DNA from: Chitinophagales bacterium
GTDB taxonomy: Bacteria > Bacteroidota > Bacteroidia > Chitinophagales > JADIYW01
DNA length: 64,000 nt
NCBI GenBank assembly: GCA_023957245.1
Contig: JAMLHJ010000004.1
Location: 11,680-75,679 of the forward strand
Reading direction: 5' to 3'
Shown here: piece after piece, positions 58,121-64,000 of the stretch
Layout of the letters: each line of letters starts with the position of its first letter
How positions within the stretch are numbered: the stretch's first letter is position 1
The notes under the pieces: model-generated
What the model was told of the DNA's origin: nothing
The model's input: the letters and a program-made list of their open reading frames with translations, nothing else
The model's database searches: none
Program-made: the position numbers and the translations under genes

Positions 58121-58616
58121 ATGCAAATAATCCTTGAGCTAAACTAAATATTGCATAGAACAAATAAATCATAGCTACTAATGCCAATATGGAAAATCCA
58201 AATATTACTAAGATAATCGGGAAAAGTACGCCCCATGCACTTCCATGATTTTTTCCATATTGATAGTGCTCTAATGCTAAAGTGAGATTTCTTTCATTTG
58301 TCTTAAAGAAAAAATCTAGGATACTTCCAAGAAATGGAACAAGATTGAGCAGCATATCAATCAACATATTGACAGACATTTTAGCAATAACCTTACCGCT
58401 GGCATTGTTTCTCAATAAGGCGACCATGATACTTCCTGAAATGATAAACCCTACATAACCACCCAATACTGGGACTAAGCCTATAATGGGTTCTAAGCCT
58501 ATAGTTCTACCAATAAAAGGAACATATATAGAACTATCCATTAATTTGACTATCCTTGAGATATTTTGCAAATCTTTAGGGACTTGTTGATAAAGCGCTT
58601 CCCCCTTTTTTTTCAT
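58119..58616 (-). CDS. DUF4112-family membrane protein
   Basis: Pattern KLMDSS..VPFIGRTIGLEPIIGLVP..GG, followed by LVPFLGSILDFFFKTNERN. Confidence 0.7.
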   Translation of the reverse strand: MKKKGEALYQQVPKDLQNISRIVKLMDSSIYVPFIGRTIGLEPIIGLVPVLGGYVGFIISGSIMVALLRNNASGKVIAKMSVNMLIDMLLNLVPFLGSILDFFFKTNERNLTLALEHYQYGKNHGSAWGVLFPIILVIFGFSILALVAMIYLFYAIFSLAQGLFA

Positions 58617-58675
58617 TTATAGTATGAAAATTTTGTTTTGGTGAATAAATCTTGATGAAATATATTTCAATCTGA

Positions 58676-59140
58676 TTATTGAAGTGTAATCATACTGAGT
58701 CCCATAAGATTTCTCTCATCATGGGTGACAGTAATCCTTCCCAATAGACCGCCAGAAGCTTGTGCAACAGCTCTTGCAAGACCTCTCCAGCTTTCTAATA
58801 GAGCTAGTGCATATTGTTTATTGATATGATGTAATATATTATTGACTTTAGTTAATTCTTCAGTAATATCTTCAATACGTTGTTGCGATGCAATGTTTTG
58901 GTATTTTGACCACTCTTGGTTGAAAATGCTGTCATAGTCTGGAGAAACCCAATTGAAATAATCTTGAACAAACTCATCTCCATGATTTTTTCTATATGCT
59001 GTTGACAGTTGTCCGATGTGAATTTCTTTTTCATTCAGATTTTCATCAGCTGAGCCTATCAATATTGTTACTAATGCAGGTACTCTTTTCAATAGATTTA
59101 ATTCTCCTTCTTCTAGGTCTTTTAAATGGTATAAGTTCAT
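58676..59140 (-). CDS. hypothetical protein (154 aa)
   Basis: Clean ORF 59 nt upstream of the DUF4112 gene on the same strand. No family recognised. Confidence 0.5.
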   Translation of the reverse strand: MNLYHLKDLEEGELNLLKRVPALVTILIGSADENLNEKEIHIGQLSTAYRKNHGDEFVQDYFNWVSPDYDSIFNQEWSKYQNIASQQRIEDITEELTKVNNILHHINKQYALALLESWRGLARAVAQASGGLLGRITVTHDERNLMGLSMITLQ

Positions 59141-59504
59141 AATTTTCTTTTTAACTTTTTAAATATACGTTGTTTTGATAACAATGTATTCAATATTATT
59201 GTTTCAATTTTCATACCAATATATTGTCATTTGTGGCTGACACAATGCATGAATATTTGAGTTACAGGCAACCCTAAGAGACAACGACAGCAAATAATTT
59301 GCAGATATAATTAAACGAAAAAATGCCAAAGCTCATTTTTTGTCAATACACGAAGCCAATGCACAAAAAAACAAAAGAGCCATTTTTTGCCAACGCACCA
59401 TCATCGTTTCAACAAAATGAACTATCTTAACTGATTAAAAAATAGAAAAAAAATTGTAGAAGGAAACCGCTTGGGGTTCGTGATCACAAATAAAAAATGA
59501 AATA

Positions 59505-62500
59505 ATGAGTAAACAATTAAAAGAATTGAAACCAAGAAAGGCACTGAACAAAGCATTTTTAAAAGTAAAACCCAACAGGTTTGAAATTGAAGGTTTCAAA
59601 ACTAACCTCATAGCTTTACTCGACCGAACCAACGACATTGAAAGCGAAGAGTTTCATAAAAACTTAATTTCTGACTTTCTGAAAGATACCTATTACAAAC
59701 AAAATCATTTCATCAATACCAAAGGGCGAAACGACCTTGTTATTCATAACGGACAAAATGCAAACTCCACTGTTGGTGTAATCATAGAAGTTAAAAAGCC
59801 AACGAATAAATCTGAAATGATTTCTGTTGGAAATATCAATAAAAAGGCATTTCAGGAATTGATTTTGTACTATTTGAGAGAACGAATAACAAATAAAAAT
59901 TTAGAAGTAAAACATTTGATTGCTACCAACATCAACGAATGGTTTATTTTTGACGAAAATCTATTTGAAAGACTTTTTGCTCAAAACAAATCGTTTGTCA
60001 GACAGTTTGAGAATTTTGAAACAAGTAAGAAAACAACAGATGTATTTTACAAAGAGATAGCAGAACCTTTTATTGCCGAAATAAATTCAGAAATTGAATT
60101 TACCTATTTCAATATTCAGGACTTTCAAAAGCCCTTACGCAATACAGACAAAACAGACGATAATTCGCTGGTTGCTTTATTCAAATTGCTATCGCCTGAG
60201 CATCTTTTAAAATTACCTTTCAGCAATGACAGCAACAGTCTTGACAAAAGATTTTACAGCGAGTTGTTGCATATTATCGGCTTGACCGAAACCAAAGAAG
60301 GAAACAAAAAACTAATTGAAAGAAACAAAGCAGGCGAACGACACACAGGAACAATACTTGAAGATGCCATTATTCAGTTGGATAGTTTGGATAAACTGAA
60401 CCGTTTGGAAAAGCCTAGTCAGTTTGGAAATACCAAAGACGAAAAACTTTTTAATGTGGCTTTGGAACTTTCGATCACTTGGATAAACCGCATTTTGTTT
60501 TTGAAATTGTTGGAAGCTCAATTGGTTACTTATCACAAAGGCGATAAATCTTTTTCTTTTCTCAATCTTGACAAAATCAAAAACTATGACGATTTGAATA
60601 GCTTGTTTTTTCAGGTGTTGGCACGCAAGTATGATGAGCGAAATGAAGATGTGAAAAAGGATTTTGAGAAAGTACCTTATCTGAACTCATCACTTTTTGA
60701 GCCGACAGAGATTGAGCAGGTTACTCTTTTTATCAGTAACTTGAAAGATGATAAAACCATTCCGATTTTTTCGCATACCGTACTGAAAGACCAACAAGGA
60801 AAGAAGAGGACAGGAAATTTATCGACACTTCAATATTTGTTTGAATTTTTAGATGCTTATGATTTTGGAGCGGAAGGCGGAGAGGAAATTCAGGAAGACA
60901 ACAAAACGCTGATTAATGCTTCGGTTCTCGGATTGATTTTCGAAAAGATAAACGGCTACAAAGATGGTTCGTTTTTCACTCCAGGCTTCATCACGATGTA
61001 TATGTGTCGGGAAACCATTCGTAAAGCCGTGGTGCAGAAATTCAACGAAGCGAAGAATTGGAACTGCACAACACTTGATGAACTATACGATAAAATTGAA
61101 GACCGTAAAGAAGCCAACAAAATTGTTGATAGTATAAAAATTTGCGACCCTGCTGTGGGTTCAGGGCATTTTTTGGTTTCGGCTTTGAATGAAATGATTG
61201 CTGTAAAAAATGACCTCAAAATCTTGCAAGACCGTGAAGGGAAACGCCTGAAAGAATATCAGGTGGAAGTGGTGAATGATGAACTAATTGTAACAGATGA
61301 AGAAGGCGAACTTTTTAAATACAACCCAACGAGCAAGGAGAGTCAACGCATACAGGAAACGCTTTTTCACGAGAAGCAAACCATTATTGAAAACTGTCTA
61401 TTTGGAGTGGACATCAATTCCAATTCGGTGAAAATTTGCCGTTTGCGGTTGTGGATTGAGCTTTTGAAAAATGCTTATTATAAGAACGCAACAGAATTAG
61501 AAACACTTCCGAATATTGACATCAACATCAAATGTGGAAACTCTTTGGTGAGCCGTTTTGCTATTGATGCAGATCTGAAACATGCATTGAAAAAAAGCAA
61601 GTGGACCATTGACAGTTACCGCATAGCCGTTTCCACCTACCGAAACGCTGAAAACAAGGAACAGAAAAGAGAAATGGAACGCCTGATTTTGGAAATAAAA
61701 CAAAGTTTTTCATCAGAAATAAGAAGAAACGACCCCTTAAAAACGAGACTTGATAAACTTGCAAGTGAACTTTATCATCGTTTTACTGGAACCTTTTTAT
61801 TTGAATCTGAAGTTCCTTATGGTAAATCGGAAAAAGCTCTAAAAAAACAGCGCAAAGCCGAGCAAGAAAAACTTGAAAAAGAGATTAATCAACTGAACTC
61901 GAAAGTTGACGAGATTAAATCCAATAAAATTTTTGAAAATGCTTTTGAATGGCGTTTTGAATTTCCCGAAGTGCTGAATGATGATGGCGATTTTGTTGGC
62001 TTTGATGTGGTGATTGGGAATCCGCCATATTTCATAATGACTAAAAACAATATGGAAAAGCTTGAGCTAAGTCATTACATCAATAATTACCAAGCAATAA
62101 AAAATGCAAGTTCAAAAAATATCTTCAATTTATTCATAGAATTAGGTATAATTATAAGCAATAGCAATTCATTTCACTCAATGATAGTCCCAGAAGGGTT
62201 ATTTGAAACAAGAAGCTATTCTGATACAATTGATTTATTAAAAAATGCAGGTTCAGTTTTAAACATCACAAGAATAGAAGGAATGGTATTCGACGAAGCG
62301 AATACTGGGAATGTGATTTATATTTTTGGAAAGAGTAAACAAAGTGCAGAAACAGAACAAAGAATATTCAAGAAAAATCAAGATTTAGTTGAATACAGTA
62401 AAAATGAAGACCCTCTAATTTTTAAAATAAACAATCAAAAAACTCCTCGACTCTCTGATTTTTGCCAACTATTTAAAGGTATGGTTGTGGCAAACAGAAA

Positions 62501-63059
62501 GACAAAAATATTTGAGAACCAAGCAAAAAATTTACCAAACAAATTTTTACTAGGCAATTGTATATCCAAATGGAGCATTGATAAATGCTTTTACACAGAT
62601 TATGAATCCTTGTCTATAATTGGTGGAACTAAGGCTAAAGACAAACACGCAGTTTCTCCAAGAATTTTAATTAGAAGAACAGGAGATTATTTGTGTTGTG
62701 CATATCTGACAGAACCTGCATTAACAGAATCAACACTTTATTCTTGTTGGTCATTAAAAGATGAAATACACAATCTATTTATTCTTGGCGTATTACACTC
62801 AAAAGTTGCAGACTATTTCATTAAAAACAAGTTGGTAACAAATCCACAAGCATTTCCGCAAATTTTAATGACCGATTTACAATCATTACCTATCCCAAAC
62901 CCATCAATTGAAATTCATAATTCAATTAAATTATTGACGGAAGAAAGATTGGAAAACAAAGGCAACAATAAAGAAACAGAAGAGAAAATCGACCAATTGG
63001 TTTATGAGCTTTATGAATTAACGGAAGAGGAAATAAAAATAATTGAAAATGCAAACTAA
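59505..63059 (+). CDS. Type IIG restriction-modification enzyme (PD-ExK nuclease plus gamma-class N6-adenine methyltransferase plus specificity domain)
   Basis: N-terminal D..EVK core (NDLVIHNG..VIIEVKKP; E95 and K97 at 59787-59795). MTase motif I ICDPAVGSGHFLV (61146 onward). Motif IV VIGNPPYF (62019-62030). C-terminal TaqI-C-like specificity region. Confidence 0.85.
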   Translation: MSKQLKELKPRKALNKAFLKVKPNRFEIEGFKTNLIALLDRTNDIESEEFHKNLISDFLKDTYYKQNHFINTKGRNDLVIHNGQNANSTVGVIIEVKKPTNKSEMISVGNINKKAFQELILYYLRERITNKNLEVKHLIATNINEWFIFDENLFERLFAQNKSFVRQFENFETSKKTTDVFYKEIAEPFIAEINSEIEFTYFNIQDFQKPLRNTDKTDDNSLVALFKLLSPEHLLKLPFSNDSNSLDKRFYSELLHIIGLTETKEGNKKLIERNKAGERHTGTILEDAIIQLDSLDKLNRLEKPSQFGNTKDEKLFNVALELSITWINRILFLKLLEAQLVTYHKGDKSFSFLNLDKIKNYDDLNSLFFQVLARKYDERNEDVKKDFEKVPYLNSSLFEPTEIEQVTLFISNLKDDKTIPIFSHTVLKDQQGKKRTGNLSTLQYLFEFLDAYDFGAEGGEEIQEDNKTLINASVLGLIFEKINGYKDGSFFTPGFITMYMCRETIRKAVVQKFNEAKNWNCTTLDELYDKIEDRKEANKIVDSIKICDPAVGSGHFLVSALNEMIAVKNDLKILQDREGKRLKEYQVEVVNDELIVTDEEGELFKYNPTSKESQRIQETLFHEKQTIIENCLFGVDINSNSVKICRLRLWIELLKNAYYKNATELETLPNIDINIKCGNSLVSRFAIDADLKHALKKSKWTIDSYRIAVSTYRNAENKEQKREMERLILEIKQSFSSEIRRNDPLKTRLDKLASELYHRFTGTFLFESEVPYGKSEKALKKQRKAEQEKLEKEINQLNSKVDEIKSNKIFENAFEWRFEFPEVLNDDGDFVGFDVVIGNPPYFIMTKNNMEKLELSHYINNYQAIKNASSKNIFNLFIELGIIISNSNSFHSMIVPEGLFETRSYSDTIDLLKNAGSVLNITRIEGMVFDEANTGNVIYIFGKSKQSAETEQRIFKKNQDLVEYSKNEDPLIFKINNQKTPRLSDFCQLFKGMVVANRKTKIFENQAKNLPNKFLLGNCISKWSIDKCFYTDYESLSIIGGTKAKDKHAVSPRILIRRTGDYLCCAYLTEPALTESTLYSCWSLKDEIHNLFILGVLHSKVADYFIKNKLVTNPQAFPQILMTDLQSLPIPNPSIEIHNSIKLLTEERLENKGNNKETEEKIDQLVYELYELTEEEIKIIENAN

Positions 63060-63089
63060 TGTTGAAAACGCTCTTAAAATAAAAATAAA

Positions 63090-63785
63090 ATGACCGAAAG
63101 AAAAACCAGAGTTAGAATTCCGAAAGAGAATAAAGTGCGAGCAGAACTTCAAAAAGAAATAGGTTCAACTTGCCCATTCTGTGAAAATACGGAAGTTGGA
63201 CATTTTGAAATTCATCATATTGATGAAGACCCTTCAAATAATGAAACAGGGAATTTGTTGCTACTTTGCCCAATTTGTCATTCAAAAATCACAAAAGGCG
63301 ATATTTCAAATATAGAAGTTTTTAAAAAGAAAATTGCTCTTTTGAAAGAACCAATAATTTCAAAACCCAAAGCAGATAAAGCCATCACTTTTAATGCAAA
63401 AGTGGGTAATGCGGTGGTTGGAGATAATAATAAAATCTCAATCAATCAACCTAAAAAAACGGTAAAACAAAAATATCCTGAAGGTTGCATTGGGTTTGAC
63501 ACCGTAAAAGCAAATTATATTGGGCATTTAATAAAGCGTTACAATGAATATAAGGAATATGAAGTTGGAAAAGGAAATGTAAAATATGGCGTTTTTGGAG
63601 CTACATTAAAAAAGGAATTTAAGATTGGACCAACACGAACAATTTATAATGTTCCCATCGAAAGATTTGAAGAATTATACACTTGTATTCAAAGTAGAAT
63701 TGACAAAACAAAACTTGCAAAAGTGAAAGGTGTACAACATAAAAACTACTCGTCATTTGAGGAATATGTTAATGAAGTCGGTTAA
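63090..63785 (+). CDS. HNH-nuclease-domain protein with an uncharacterised C-terminal domain
   Basis: Two CxxC pairs and an HNH core (CPFCEN..HFEIHHIDEDPSNNETGNLLLLCPICHSKI). It starts 30 nt after the Type IIG gene. Confidence 0.7.
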   Translation: MTERKTRVRIPKENKVRAELQKEIGSTCPFCENTEVGHFEIHHIDEDPSNNETGNLLLLCPICHSKITKGDISNIEVFKKKIALLKEPIISKPKADKAITFNAKVGNAVVGDNNKISINQPKKTVKQKYPEGCIGFDTVKANYIGHLIKRYNEYKEYEVGKGNVKYGVFGATLKKEFKIGPTRTIYNVPIERFEELYTCIQSRIDKTKLAKVKGVQHKNYSSFEEYVNEVG

Positions 63786-64000
63786 TAAAATAAAAACTGT
63801 ATAATGCCGACAACACACACACACTCTCACACATTGCCAAGTTGCACAAACTTTCGCTAAAGACAGAAGGTAACCTGTAGCATCGGTTTTGTAAGATAGC
63901 AGGTGAAGTGCTTCGATTGAACATTTGTGCTATAAATCCGCTCCCTCGCAAAAGCGAAATATGAAATAATTATTCACTAACAATAAGTTAAATTGCTAAA

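Noticed and set aside
59505-63059. BREX PglX methyltransferase instead of a Type IIG enzyme
   Set aside because: No brxA/B/C, pglZ or brxL genes flank it in the window. The N-terminal PD-ExK nuclease core fits a self-contained Type IIG enzyme better. The sequence to the right of the window cannot be excluded.
1-64000. A prophage, ICE or transposon explaining the accessory genes
   Set aside because: No integrase, transposase, recombinase, or conjugation or phage structural gene could be recognised in any frame.

Overview
This is a 64-kb chromosomal segment from an AT-rich Bacteroidota genome. It looks Cytophagia-like: two T9SS C-terminal sorting domains, many lipobox lipoproteins, TAnnTTTG-type promoter boxes, and no Shine-Dalgarno dependence. 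I support about 49 CDS. I found no rRNA, tRNA, CRISPR array, transposase or integrase. Recognisable content: (1) a lipoprotein-type copper nitrite reductase module, porin-NirK-NirV(FGE-like)-SCO, at 12.1-16.0 kb; (2) a 2340-aa T9SS adhesin behind a 1.67-kb gene-free leader; (3) an AmgK/MurU MurNAc-salvage pair in which the kinase carries a RapZ C-terminal domain; (4) RelA/SpoT, a penicillin-acylase-family hydrolase, NhaA, HtrA and a CoA-disulfide reductase with a rhodanese domain; (5) a small defence-type islet at the right edge (ParE-type TA pair, Type IIG restriction-modification fusion, HNH protein); (6) solitary nuclease-family genes (YhcG/DUF1016, DUF2779) and an orphan SUFU-like protein. 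The most unusual signal is non-coding. At least seven intergenic tracts are assembled from one shared set of short sequence modules in a largely conserved order. These tracts are co-oriented with neighbouring transcription, twice begin exactly on a stop codon, and contain 7-nt and 10-nt phased tracts and a 218-bp unit present twice at about 96% identity. All calls come from reading the sequence and ORF translations by eye; no database search was run.
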